Part shown: positions 29,789-40,006 of the stretch, piece after piece
Numbering within the stretch: the stretch's first letter is position 1
How the letters are laid out: each line of letters starts with the position of its first letter
DNA from: Bacteroidia bacterium
Lineage (GTDB): Bacteria; Bacteroidota; Bacteroidia; UKL13-3
Length of the DNA: 64,000 nt
Direction of reading: 5' to 3'
Assembly: GCA_041665785.1 (NCBI GenBank)
Contig: JBAYIE010000020.1
Location: 14,789-78,788 of the forward strand
Program-made: the position numbers and the translations under genes
The notes under the pieces: model-generated
Database searches by the model: none
Told to the model about the DNA's origin: nothing
Seen by the model: only the letters and a program-made list of their open reading frames with translations

Positions 29789-32700
29789 TTAGTTATTTAT
29801 TGGCGGTGGCTGTTTTTTACGAAACAACTCTGCAAAATTGTCGAATTCTTTCCGGTAATATAAGCCAATTCCTTGAGTGGTAATATTTTTATAATAGGTG
29901 GGGTCGGTTGTGGTGGTTGTGGTTTTTTGATAAGCCCGCAAGCGTAAGCTTCCGTCCCGGCGCAGATTATACTGGGTCATGAAATTGTTGTTGTAGGTAA
30001 CCACATCATAACTGGCCTGAACTTCCAGCCGGTCGTTAAGCAACTTTTTCGATGCCGATAAAATATACTGGGTTTTCTGCTGTGTGCTCATTTGAACATC
30101 CAGGTTAAAATCAAGACCAGGGATAATTTTTTCAACGCCTTTGTTGACCTGCTTGGTTACTAAATCACTCAGGGTATTGCTCACCCCGGCTGTCAGATTT
30201 CCACCTGCACCGGTAGTATTATTGATCGGAACAAAATTATTGAAAACGAGTAAACTCACTACTTGCTGATTCATCATGTCGGGATTGTTGCGCAACAAGG
30301 CCAATGTATTGTACAAGGCTACATTTTCGGCACCGAGATTGGAAGAAAGATCCGGAAAATTCAGATCGAAACGGATATCCGGAGATAACATATTCCCTTT
30401 CAAAACCAGTAAACATTCAACCGGAACCCGTTGCGCTTTCGCCAGATTGTATTGTTCGGTAGTTAAGCCGGGCAACAAATTGGCAATGGATGTTTTACGT
30501 GCCCGGTATACCCCATTGATATCGAGGATGGCATGCAATGGATTCCCGGCCCATAAAATGGTACTTCCCGACTGGATGATAAATTTCCGGGAATACACGC
30601 CCACAGCAGTAAAATGATAATCTCCCTCAACGATGGTAACTCCGCCGTATATATTGAATTGCCCTTGCCGGGTGAGTTCCATTTTCAAAGTTCCCCTTCC
30701 CGATCCGCGGATTTTATCTTCATTCACAGCATCCATGATGATTTGAATTTCGGCACTGGGAGTTACTTCCAGCATAATATTCATAGAGAATCCATAGAGC
30801 TTGGTTTGGGCCAGCAAATTCGACGATTTCACGGCTGTATCTGAATTAATAAAATTCAACATCGCATTGTCGGATTGTCCACCCGACATGAGCGGAATAT
30901 TGAATTGAGTTCCTTGTTCTGTTCTCAGATTGGCATCCATAACCAGGTTATTCAACGTTCCGTATAATTTCAAACTACCTGAGGCATATCCTGTACCATA
31001 ATACATATTGTTATCTCTGGCTGTGGTATTGAGAATCTTAAAACGTTTCAGGTTTTCGAGGCGGATATCGAGTTCAAATTCACTGAACGATCGGTGTTTG
31101 ATTTCGCCCAATAGTTGTGCTGAACGTCCATTTTCATCAAACAGATTAGTTGAATTGATGATGATCCTGTTATTATCGAGACTCAGCGATGTGGCGAATG
31201 TATAAGTAGTTTTGAGGTACTCTATCCGCGCTTTAACCTGATTGAAATAAATATTTCCAGACAGAGCCAGGTTGTTCACTCTGCCTGTCAGTTTGCAACG
31301 TGCGCTTGTAGTTCCTTCAAAAATAAAAACCTGACCTTTTAAAAATGCCTGAAACGCATTCAGGGGAGATTCGTCGAAAGCAATATTCAGGTTTGCTGTA
31401 TATGGCCAGGTGTTGGTTTCAATATACCCGCCAAATTCGAGGTTCTTTAATTTGCCTGAAACCGATTTGGCATAAACCACAAAGCGATTTTGCTTTTGGT
31501 TGAAATTGCTGTTCACATAAAAATCTCCAATCAGATCGTCATCCAGTTTTAGAGCCTTCACGTCTAAATAGGCATCAATCAGGCTAACACCAGCATTCCC
31601 CTTCAGCACCAATTCTCCATTGGCAACTCCTCCGTATTTCACATCCGATTTTCGGTAAAATGCATTGATTATAGATAAGTCGATATTGGAAAGTCCGGCT
31701 TTGAGATTGTGCATTCCCTGGTAATCGTAAAACCCATTCAATTCAATATGTTGTTCACGGTTTGTGAAACGCACCCGGTCGAAATCAATTTGCGTTCTTC
31801 CGAATACCATCCTGCTTTGACTGCTGATGCTGAACGGATAACCGCGAAACTCGAGCAATGAAGAATCGAATAACAATTCAATATCCTGTTCACGGAAAAA
31901 GGCATGCGCCTTTGAATTAGAACGGATATGATTGGCCGTATCGTTTACATTAAATGTAAAGTCTGCCGCATTTATTTTTGCATTGGTCAGCAATTCCCAG
32001 CGACTCAATACAAGGGTATCGTTTTCGAGCAAAGACTCTGCTCCCAATCGGAAACTCCCTGTACGTGATCCGGTATTAAGCGATGAGGAAAGGTTCTTCA
32101 TCGTATATTTTTTGTACCGCAGTGTGCCGGCCTGAAGGTTCATTTGAATCCGCTGATCGGAACTCCGGTAATTCCCTTCGAGTTCAAACTGTTCCATTTC
32201 CAATTCGGGAAAAAGCAGGGAACTAAGATTTTCTGAATTGTTTACCCGGAGTTGAAAATCAAATTGCTGCGCATAATGCACCGGTTTAAGCACAGGTTTG
32301 TAATACGCAGGAAACAATTGCACCAGTACACCACGTAAACTTGTTCCCAGTTCCGACAAAGTTATCTGGCCCGAAAGTTTTGCCGTTAATTCATCCGCCT
32401 GTAAATTCAGGATGCGTTGGTTTCCGTTGATGCTGGATTGCAGGATGGCATGATCAATCCGAAAATCCTTGCCATTTTTCACATAACTGATATTGTTAAC
32501 TGAAATATATCCTTCGTTATGGTCGATATCGCGAATGGCAAAATTCATGTCGATATCCGCAGATAATACGGTATTGGCCGTGTCGAGATGCAGGTTTCTC
32601 AAAAAAGCATAATCGATGCGTGACTGAAACTGATAAACAGGAATTTTTTTGTTGAGGTCGATTACTCCGCCAAAGTTCAGGCGAAGGTTGGTATCGTTAA

Positions 32701-34168
32701 CCACCACATCTCCATTGAACATTTTATGCTTAAGATCTCCCGAAATGTTGATGGAATGATACTTGTATCGGTTTACCTCCAATTCGTGTACATCCGCCCT
32801 GAACCATGTTTCGAGGTGTTCGAGGTCAAAACCTTTTCCCCTAACGTTTAAATTCAAAGACGTTTTACCAACATAAGCATTGCTTCCGGTTAATGTACCC
32901 ATATCAAATCCAATGAGTTTCAGATTGCCCGAGTAAGAAGATTCATTAATCGAATCTCTGAGCTTCATATTCAGATCCGACTCTACTTTACCCAGCCTGG
33001 TTTCAAAAGCACCATAGGCCACAAAATCTTTAACGAAGCCTGTAAAGTCTCCTTCAAATTTCATTTTACCCAGTTCATTTAATGCACCCGGCATGGTATA
33101 CCCCAATAAATAACTTAAATCACCCGCATCCGTATTGGCATTTTTTAAACGCGCATCAATAAATGCATTGTCCAGATCAGGCATCCCGGTTATGGAAACA
33201 CGACCTTCCAATTTACTACCTGCACCAAATTTTAAGTGCAGTTTGTTCAATTTAAAATCGGCTACACTGCCTCTAAAATCAGTACTAACGGTGGCTATGC
33301 GATTAAAATCCTTCATCACCGGAGCGAAATAAATAATGTCGCGCATATCAATATGAGCGTCTTTGAGGTGACCTACCATTTGCACGCTATCTATAAAATC
33401 AGCCATGGTTTCGTAACTGGTATATTCCATGCTGAAATAATTGGTGATATGACTTTGCGGAGTAATAAGCTCCAGATCATCAAAGAACATACCCTTGTTG
33501 TAAAGAACGGTATGCGCTTTCAGCTTATTGAGTACAAAGCCACTGCGTTCCCTGCAGGATATTTTCTCCATATTGAAATTCAATGAATCCTGTACAATAT
33601 GGAAATCACTGGCCAATAAATCGATATTAAAGAAGTGCTGATTAAAAGGATCGAACCCTTCTGTTTCGGGCTTCTCGGTATGATCGGTTAAACTAAAACG
33701 GGTACGTGTGCAATGCACTTCACGCATGAGCAAATGAAAAGGCGGACCAACACTTGTGCTTGTATCGCGGTTTACAAAATCAAGCAATACCTGAATATTG
33801 AAATATTTATCGGGATAGGTGATTAACTTACACAAACCCTGATCCACCTGTACATTGCGCAATTCAAAAAAGCTCGAATCCAGATTCACCTCACCCAGAT
33901 TAAAACTTACCTTGCCGGCATAAAAAAGGGTATCGTTGCGTTGGTCGCCAAAATAAACCTGTTCAAGAGTAATGGTACCAAAGGGTTCGTAGCCTATATG
34001 CCCGATTGAAATGTTTGTTTTAAATTGCGCACTGAGATAAGTCGTTAATTTTGATCCCATCCAGTTTTGAACGGAACGGTTATAAAGTGCAGCATAAATC
34101 AGGCTCAACAGTAGAACCAGGATTCCCAAAAGCGAGAAAAGTACATATTTGACAGCTTTTTTGCTCAA
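29789..34168 (-). CDS. tamB: translocation and assembly module protein TamB (DUF490)
   Basis: 1459 aa with one N-terminal membrane anchor and long beta-rich repeats. It sits divergent to tsaD, as is common in Bacteroidota. TTG start. Confidence 0.85.
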   Translation of the reverse strand: MSKKAVKYVLFSLLGILVLLLSLIYAALYNRSVQNWMGSKLTTYLSAQFKTNISIGHIGYEPFGTITLEQVYFGDQRNDTLFYAGKVSFNLGEVNLDSSFFELRNVQVDQGLCKLITYPDKYFNIQVLLDFVNRDTSTSVGPPFHLLMREVHCTRTRFSLTDHTEKPETEGFDPFNQHFFNIDLLASDFHIVQDSLNFNMEKISCRERSGFVLNKLKAHTVLYNKGMFFDDLELITPQSHITNYFSMEYTSYETMADFIDSVQMVGHLKDAHIDMRDIIYFAPVMKDFNRIATVSTDFRGSVADFKLNKLHLKFGAGSKLEGRVSITGMPDLDNAFIDARLKNANTDAGDLSYLLGYTMPGALNELGKMKFEGDFTGFVKDFVAYGAFETRLGKVESDLNMKLRDSINESSYSGNLKLIGFDMGTLTGSNAYVGKTSLNLNVRGKGFDLEHLETWFRADVHELEVNRYKYHSINISGDLKHKMFNGDVVVNDTNLRLNFGGVIDLNKKIPVYQFQSRIDYAFLRNLHLDTANTVLSADIDMNFAIRDIDHNEGYISVNNISYVKNGKDFRIDHAILQSSINGNQRILNLQADELTAKLSGQITLSELGTSLRGVLVQLFPAYYKPVLKPVHYAQQFDFQLRVNNSENLSSLLFPELEMEQFELEGNYRSSDQRIQMNLQAGTLRYKKYTMKNLSSSLNTGSRTGSFRLGAESLLENDTLVLSRWELLTNAKINAADFTFNVNDTANHIRSNSKAHAFFREQDIELLFDSSLLEFRGYPFSISSQSRMVFGRTQIDFDRVRFTNREQHIELNGFYDYQGMHNLKAGLSNIDLSIINAFYRKSDVKYGGVANGELVLKGNAGVSLIDAYLDVKALKLDDDLIGDFYVNSNFNQKQNRFVVYAKSVSGKLKNLEFGGYIETNTWPYTANLNIAFDESPLNAFQAFLKGQVFIFEGTTSARCKLTGRVNNLALSGNIYFNQVKARIEYLKTTYTFATSLSLDNNRIIINSTNLFDENGRSAQLLGEIKHRSFSEFELDIRLENLKRFKILNTTARDNNMYYGTGYASGSLKLYGTLNNLVMDANLRTEQGTQFNIPLMSGGQSDNAMLNFINSDTAVKSSNLLAQTKLYGFSMNIMLEVTPSAEIQIIMDAVNEDKIRGSGRGTLKMELTRQGQFNIYGGVTIVEGDYHFTAVGVYSRKFIIQSGSTILWAGNPLHAILDINGVYRARKTSIANLLPGLTTEQYNLAKAQRVPVECLLVLKGNMLSPDIRFDLNFPDLSSNLGAENVALYNTLALLRNNPDMMNQQVVSLLVFNNFVPINNTTGAGGNLTAGVSNTLSDLVTKQVNKGVEKIIPGLDFNLDVQMSTQQKTQYILSASKKLLNDRLEVQASYDVVTYNNNFMTQYNLRRDGSLRLRAYQKTTTTTTDPTYYKNITTQGIGLYYRKEFDNFAELFRKKQPPPINN

Positions 34169-34179
34169 ACCGGAAAACT

Positions 34180-34187
34180 CAAAAATA
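34180..34187 (-). promoter_or_regulatory. Bacteroidota -7 box (TATTTTTG on the minus strand)
   Basis: Matches TAnnTTTG, 11 nt upstream of the tamB start codon. Confidence 0.35.
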
Positions 34188-34224
34188 CAACAGAACCGTT
34201 AACATAACAATATAGACAATAACG

Positions 34225-35232
34225 ATGACATCCGTGATAATATTGGCCATTGAGTCGTCGTGCGACGATACTGCAGTTGCTGTTTTACAGGACGGACGCA
34301 TCCTTTGCAACAAAATTGCTTCTCAAAAGGTGCACGAATTATACGGCGGCGTGGTTCCGGAACTTGCTTCCAGGGCTCATCAGCAGCATATAGTTCCATT
34401 AACTCAACTGGCTCTTAAAGAAGCCGGAATTGCATTGGACCAACTCAGTGCCATTGCATTTACAGCCGGTCCGGGATTGCTGGGCTCGCTGATGGTGGGA
34501 ACCTCCTTTGCCAAAGGATTGGCTCTGGCGCTTGATATTCCGTTGATTGCCATTCATCATATGGAAGCTCATGTACTGGCCCATTTCATTGAAGAACCGC
34601 ATCCGGCCTTTCCGTTTTTGTGTTTAACGGTATCGGGCGGACATACACATTTAACACGAATGGATGGACCATTTTCAAGCACCATGTTGGGTAAAACCAT
34701 CGACGATGCCGCAGGTGAGGCATTCGACAAAGCGGCAAAAATGTTGGGATTGCCTTATCCTGGCGGTCCCCTGATTGATCAGCATGCACGTTCCGGAAAT
34801 CCATTGGCCTTTAAGTTTGCTTCACCACAAATTCCGGAACTGAATTATAGTTTCAGCGGAATAAAAACTTCCATTCTTTACTTTCTGCAAGCTGAAACAC
34901 GCAAGAACCCGGATTTTATCACACAAAACCTGAACGATCTGTGCGCCTCCGTTCAATATACCATCATCCGGCACCTGATGAAAAAACTGGAAAAAGCAGT
35001 ACAACAAACCGGAATTCGTGAAGTGGCCCTGGCAGGGGGCGTTTCGGCCAATTCAGCATTGCGCAGTGCCCTTATTGAAGCCGGAAAAAACGGCAACTGG
35101 AATACGTATATCCCGGCGTTTGAATACTGTACCGACAATGCTGCGATGATTGCCATTGCCGCTTATTATAAATTTAAAGAGGGCATTTTCAGTCATCAGC
35201 AGATTGCTCCGTTTGCCAATGCCAATTATTGA
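34225..35232 (+). CDS. tsaD: tRNA N6-adenosine threonylcarbamoyltransferase TsaD
   Basis: ILAIESSCDDTAVAV…, HHMEAH metal motif, …LTVSGGHT…. Confidence 0.93.
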   Translation: MTSVIILAIESSCDDTAVAVLQDGRILCNKIASQKVHELYGGVVPELASRAHQQHIVPLTQLALKEAGIALDQLSAIAFTAGPGLLGSLMVGTSFAKGLALALDIPLIAIHHMEAHVLAHFIEEPHPAFPFLCLTVSGGHTHLTRMDGPFSSTMLGKTIDDAAGEAFDKAAKMLGLPYPGGPLIDQHARSGNPLAFKFASPQIPELNYSFSGIKTSILYFLQAETRKNPDFITQNLNDLCASVQYTIIRHLMKKLEKAVQQTGIREVALAGGVSANSALRSALIEAGKNGNWNTYIPAFEYCTDNAAMIAIAAYYKFKEGIFSHQQIAPFANANY

Positions 35233-35364
35233 TAACGGGTTAACCCCGCTTTTTCCCCAATTTGACCTAAGAATTATTGAGCTGTTCTGGTCTCGTCACC
35301 CACATTTTGGCAATTCTTGCAAAAAAAATATCTTTAACCGTATAGCATAAACAGCTACTTATAC

Positions 35365-35372
35365 TATATTTG
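35365..35372 (+). promoter_or_regulatory. Bacteroidota -7 box TATATTTG
   Basis: Matches TAnnTTTG, 11 nt upstream of the ATG at 35383. Confidence 0.4.
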
Positions 35373-35382
35373 AGTAGCTCTT

Positions 35383-36033
35383 ATGAAATGGCCGACAATA
35401 TTGGCTTTGTTGTTTTGCCTGTTCTCTTTCAAAGTTGAACCGCAAAATTACCTGAATGTTTACCTCCCATTCTATCAGGTGAGTTACAGCAACGCAAATG
35501 ATTACAATTCCCCTGTTTTTACAACACCATACTCTGCCGAACTAAGCGGTATTCGCGATATTGGTATTTACTGGCACCTGAATGCCGATGCCTTGACTCA
35601 ACTCATGTTGCCTGAACTGAACCATTCAAAAAAGCGATTTAGCGGAGATGTCATTCACGGCCGATTAGGATTGGTATTTCCCCAATTGTTTTCACAGAGT
35701 AATCATGGATTGGCTTTTGATGTCTTTTTACGTACAAACGAATATTTCGGAACCGGATTGAGTTATTTCCAGGTGATTGAACCGGAATCAAATCGCTGGA
35801 TTTTTAAGCCACAGGTTGCCCTTGGAAACCTGACCCGTGCCAAAAAGGACGATATTCCCAACCACGATGGTATGTATGTTTCGGCCGAAATGGATATCAC
35901 AGTTAAGATGGGTAAAACTACCGGTATCAGCTTTAAACCCTATTCCTATTTGCATCTCTCCAATGGGTATGTGGGAACACAAGTTGGCTTAAGAATTGGA
36001 CTTGGTTTTTATCATTTTGATGAAACACCCTGA
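35383..36033 (+). CDS. small outer-membrane beta-barrel protein, acyloxyacyl hydrolase / PagL-like
   Basis: 216 aa with a signal peptide. The C-terminal LHLSNGY resembles the HxSNG catalytic motif of lipid A deacylase-type barrels (from memory). Confidence 0.55.
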   Translation: MKWPTILALLFCLFSFKVEPQNYLNVYLPFYQVSYSNANDYNSPVFTTPYSAELSGIRDIGIYWHLNADALTQLMLPELNHSKKRFSGDVIHGRLGLVFPQLFSQSNHGLAFDVFLRTNEYFGTGLSYFQVIEPESNRWIFKPQVALGNLTRAKKDDIPNHDGMYVSAEMDITVKMGKTTGISFKPYSYLHLSNGYVGTQVGLRIGLGFYHFDETP

Positions 36034-36124
36034 TCAGGAACTAAGATATACGCGTTATTCCAAAACCAATTAACCACCGGTTTAAATTCAATTGCTTATT
36101 GAATGTTGTTGTATACCTTGCAGC

Positions 36125-36754
36125 ATGCATACGCGATTGCCTATCCTGGCTGTTGTAATCGTTTGGCTTTCAACGGCGCACTCACAGAATGTGCACCATA
36201 TTTATGCCCCATTTTTTAATGTTGCGTCTTCAATTCGTTCGGATAGAACCTTAACGGCAATTCCGTTTTCATACGATATCAATCACATACGCGATGATGA
36301 TTGGTATTGGCAAGCAAATGCGGATATTCTTATACAGGCTTTGCTTAATTTATTTACCAATAGACCTGGTGACCTGGTTGGTCCAATTTTACAGGGCCGG
36401 GTTGGTTACGCCTTCCTGCAACAAAACCCGGACAACAAAGCAGGCCTGGCTCTGGAGCTAGGGATACGCGATAACCTCTATCCGGGAATGGGATTAACCT
36501 GGTTTTGCATGTACCAAAAACATGGGAGCATTTTTATTGCTATGCCACAGGTTACATTAGGAACATTCTCTTCTGATATCGTAGATCTTGAAAGTGATTT
36601 TTATATTTCCTCGGAGGTGGATCTGACCTTAAAATTGACAAAGAAATATGGCGTTGCTATGAAACCTTATGTTTATAAAAGTTTTGGAAGTATGGAACAG
36701 CTTGTGATCGGGTTTCGGATCGGAATTTCTATTTTTAACAGCACGGATACCTAG
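36125..36754 (+). CDS. paralogue of the preceding barrel protein, lacking the HxSN motif
   Basis: Colinear similarity to the upstream gene: YAPFFNVASS vs YLPFYQVSYS, IRDDDWYWQANADILIQ vs IRDIGIYWHLNADALTQ, QGRVGYAF vs HGRLGLVF. The equivalent C-terminal site reads YKSFGS. Confidence 0.6.
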   Translation: MHTRLPILAVVIVWLSTAHSQNVHHIYAPFFNVASSIRSDRTLTAIPFSYDINHIRDDDWYWQANADILIQALLNLFTNRPGDLVGPILQGRVGYAFLQQNPDNKAGLALELGIRDNLYPGMGLTWFCMYQKHGSIFIAMPQVTLGTFSSDIVDLESDFYISSEVDLTLKLTKKYGVAMKPYVYKSFGSMEQLVIGFRIGISIFNSTDT

Positions 36755-36771
36755 GATTAAAGCGCTTTCGC

Positions 36772-37221
36772 TTAAACCGGTATTCCTACTTTACGAAACA
36801 AAAAATGCAGCAACCAGGCCGGCCCGATCAGTAAAAACTGCAGGTCCTTTAAGAATGAAGGTTTTTTCCCCTCTATTTTATGTCCGATGAACTGTCCGAT
36901 CCAGGCCAGTACAAAAACAGTTAGCGCCATTTGCCACAACGGAATATCGAAACTGATGATCCATATTTTTGCTCCGGTTAAGCAGAGTAAATAGACCATC
37001 AACATGCCCAGGGCGATGGTGCGTGAGAGCATGAAATAATAAATCAAAACAGCTATCATCACCATGGAAGCCAGCGAGAAATCAGCCACCGGTCGCACTT
37101 CCAGCAGCAGGCAAACCAGGCTGAAGAAAATCAGCGGAATGCAAACCCAGTGAATGGCTTTGTTGACGGGGTTCTGATGGCTTTCGGCATACTCATCGAA
37201 CCAATTCTGCATGGTTTTCAT
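36772..37221 (-). CDS. DUF962 (Mpo1-like) membrane protein
   Basis: YAESHQNPVNKAIHWVCIPLIFFS plus four hydrophobic helices. Confidence 0.75.
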   Translation of the reverse strand: MKTMQNWFDEYAESHQNPVNKAIHWVCIPLIFFSLVCLLLEVRPVADFSLASMVMIAVLIYYFMLSRTIALGMLMVYLLCLTGAKIWIISFDIPLWQMALTVFVLAWIGQFIGHKIEGKKPSFLKDLQFLLIGPAWLLHFLFRKVGIPV

Positions 37222-37290
37222 ATGCGGTAAATTTATAACCCGAAGATAATAGTCTAATTCACTTATTTTCGCACTTTATTCAGCGCAACC

Positions 37291-38751
37291 ATGAGTTCCA
37301 TTTACGATAGATACGAAGCCGTGATCGGGTTAGAGGTTCACGCACAGATGCTGACCAAAAGCAAGGCCTTTTGCAGCGATGCCAACATATACGGCGCCCA
37401 ACCCAATACACAGGTAAGTCCGATTTCGCTCGGACATCCGGGTACGCTTCCAGTGCACAACAAAGAAGCCGTGAAGTATGCCGTTAAGCTGGGTTTGGCC
37501 TGCGGTGCACAAATTGCCCCGATTAATTATTATGCCCGCAAGAATTATTTCTATGCCGACTTACCCAAAGGCTATCAGATTTCGCAGCATACCACTCCCA
37601 TTTGCGAAAACGGACATATTGAAATCAAGCTGAAAGACGGAAGCGTTAAACAAATCGGTTTGATCCGCATACATATGGAAGAAGATACCGGCAAGAGCAT
37701 GCACGACCAGGATGTGTACGATACCCTGGTTGACTATAACCGTGCCGGCACTCCCCTGATTGAAATCGTGAGCCATCCCGATATCCGTACCGGCGAAGAA
37801 GCATATCAATTCCTGACTGAGGTTCGCAAACTGGTACGCTACCTCGAGATCTGCGACGGCAATATGGAAGAAGGATCGATGCGCTGCGATGCCAATGTTT
37901 CAGTACGTCCGGTTGGTCGCGAAGAATTCGGTGTGAAAGTGGAAGTAAAAAACATGAACTCCATCCGCAACGTGCAACGTGCCATTGAATTTGAGATCAA
38001 ACGGCAGATTGAAGCCATCGAGGCCGGAGAAAAAATTTACCAGGAGACCCGCACCTTTGAAGCCACCAAAGGCGTAACCATCGTAATGCGTACAAAGGAA
38101 GGCGCCAGCGATTACCGGTATTTCCCGGAACCGGACCTACCGCCTTTGCATATCACCGATGCCTTTATTGAATCGGTAAAAGCCCAGATGCCGGCCTTGC
38201 CCAAAGTGCTTTTTGAAAAATATACCAAAACACATGGCCTCAGCGAATACGATGCGCAGGTACTTACCGAGAGCAAAGACATTGCTGCTTATTTTGAACA
38301 GATCTTAACCCATACCGGCAATATAAAAGCAGCTGCCAATTGGGTGATGACCCAGGTAAAAGGATACCTGAATGAGCAGGCGATCGATATCACCGAATTT
38401 CCGTTGCAACCGGCACGTATTGCCGAAATAATCAACCTGATTGATAGCGGAAAAATCAGCAATTCGGCCGCCTCGCAAAAATTGTTTCCGGCTTTGTTGA
38501 ACGAGCAGCACAAATCGGCATTGGAAATCGCTGAGCACCTGAATCTGGTGCAGCAAAGCGACTCGGGCGAATTGCGCAAACTGGTTGAACAGGCCATTGC
38601 CTTATTCCCTGATAAAGTTATAGAATACAAAGCCGGAAAAGTATCGCTGATCGGATTGTTTATGGGTGAGGTGATGAAACTGAGCAAGGGCAAAGCCGAC
38701 CCCAAAGTGGCCAGTCAACTGGTAAAAGAAGTATTAGACCAACACGCATAA
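37291..38751 (+). CDS. gatB: Asp-tRNA(Asn)/Glu-tRNA(Gln) amidotransferase subunit B
   Basis: YEAVIGLEVHAQ…, …IHMEEDTGK…, MEEGSMRCDANVS, and a C-terminal YqeY-like tail. Confidence 0.95.
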   Translation: MSSIYDRYEAVIGLEVHAQMLTKSKAFCSDANIYGAQPNTQVSPISLGHPGTLPVHNKEAVKYAVKLGLACGAQIAPINYYARKNYFYADLPKGYQISQHTTPICENGHIEIKLKDGSVKQIGLIRIHMEEDTGKSMHDQDVYDTLVDYNRAGTPLIEIVSHPDIRTGEEAYQFLTEVRKLVRYLEICDGNMEEGSMRCDANVSVRPVGREEFGVKVEVKNMNSIRNVQRAIEFEIKRQIEAIEAGEKIYQETRTFEATKGVTIVMRTKEGASDYRYFPEPDLPPLHITDAFIESVKAQMPALPKVLFEKYTKTHGLSEYDAQVLTESKDIAAYFEQILTHTGNIKAAANWVMTQVKGYLNEQAIDITEFPLQPARIAEIINLIDSGKISNSAASQKLFPALLNEQHKSALEIAEHLNLVQQSDSGELRKLVEQAIALFPDKVIEYKAGKVSLIGLFMGEVMKLSKGKADPKVASQLVKEVLDQHA

Positions 38752-38752
38752 T

Positions 38753-39865
38753 ATGAGAAATTTCTTTTTAGCATTTATTGCCTTATTCCTTTATGGTGCG
38801 TGCAGTAAAGAAACAGAACGCAGTGGTTTTGTGGTACGCGGGACCCTTAAAAACGCCACCGAAAAACGCATCACGCTGAACGAGCTTACTCCCAAAGGAT
38901 TGATCCTGCTCGATACAGCCACACTGGGAGCCGACGGTAGTTTTGAACTCACCGGAAAAGTAACCGAGAAAACTTTTTGCGTGATCAATATGGCATCGGG
39001 CAGTGTGGTGCTGGTAATTGATACCGCTTCGGAAATTGCAGTTTCGCTCGACGCAAAAACACCCGATGTGTATGGCATCAACGGATCGGACGAAAGTGAA
39101 GAGCTGCGCCAGCTATTGCAAATCAACTCGACCTATATACGCCAGGTCAAGCAAATTGAAGACCGCTATGCATCGTATGGCAACGATGTGCCTCCTCCAT
39201 CGGTGCAGGATCAGATTCGTAAGGATTACGATTCGGTGATGCTGGCCCGCAAAGCGGAGTTGCAACAATATGTATTGCAACATACCCAATCCATTGTAGC
39301 GTATTTTGCCACCAATTTTCTGATGCCCGAAAGCGATTTTGCTTTTATGGAAACGGTAGATAAAACCTTATACAACCGGTTCAATCAATCGCGCTATGCG
39401 CGTGAGCACCATGCACGGGTAGAGAAACTGCGCCGTACGGCCGAAGGCCAGGCCGCTCCCGATATTGTATTGCCCGATCCTTACGGCAAAACCATTGCCC
39501 TCTCGGCCCTGCGCGGCAAATATATCCTGGTCGATTTCTGGGCCTCGTGGTGCCGCCCCTGCCGCGAAGAAAGTCCCAACCTGGTAAAACTCTATAACCG
39601 TTTTAAAACCTACGGCTTCGATATTTTAAGCGTGTCGCTCGACGATAACCGCGAGGCATGGACCAAAGCCATCAACGACGACGGGTTGCTTTGGAACCAC
39701 GTATCGGATCTCAAAAAATGGAACTCATCTGTTGTAGAACAATACAGCATAGAAGGCATACCCTTTACCCTGCTGCTCAATAAAGACGGACTGATTATTG
39801 GCAAAAACCTGCGGGGTGAAGCTTTGAGCAAACGTGTGGAAGAAGCGATACGGCAAGGGTTGTAA
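38753..39865 (+). CDS. TlpA-family thiol:disulfide oxidoreductase lipoprotein
   Basis: Lipobox LYGAC and the thioredoxin-fold motif DFWASWCRPC. Confidence 0.88.
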   Translation: MRNFFLAFIALFLYGACSKETERSGFVVRGTLKNATEKRITLNELTPKGLILLDTATLGADGSFELTGKVTEKTFCVINMASGSVVLVIDTASEIAVSLDAKTPDVYGINGSDESEELRQLLQINSTYIRQVKQIEDRYASYGNDVPPPSVQDQIRKDYDSVMLARKAELQQYVLQHTQSIVAYFATNFLMPESDFAFMETVDKTLYNRFNQSRYAREHHARVEKLRRTAEGQAAPDIVLPDPYGKTIALSALRGKYILVDFWASWCRPCREESPNLVKLYNRFKTYGFDILSVSLDDNREAWTKAINDDGLLWNHVSDLKKWNSSVVEQYSIEGIPFTLLLNKDGLIIGKNLRGEALSKRVEEAIRQGL

Positions 39866-39875
39866 CTGCATGAAT

Positions 39876-39910
39876 AAAAAAACGCCACTCTCTTGGGTGG
39901 CGTTTTTGTT
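39876..39910 (+). terminator. Rho-independent terminator (A-tract, stem-loop, T-tract; potentially bidirectional)
   Basis: aaaaaaaCGCCAC-tctcttgg-GTGGCGttttt. The GC stem is 39883-39888 / 39897-39902, followed by a T run, 10 nt after the tlpA-like stop. Confidence 0.8.
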
Positions 39911-40006
39911 TAAATCATTCTGCAAACTGGGCTGAAATTTTTCGGCTCAGCAAAACCAGGAGAATCAAAAATTTACGTTTCATAGGTTGGTTGATTAAAA
40001 GGTGAT

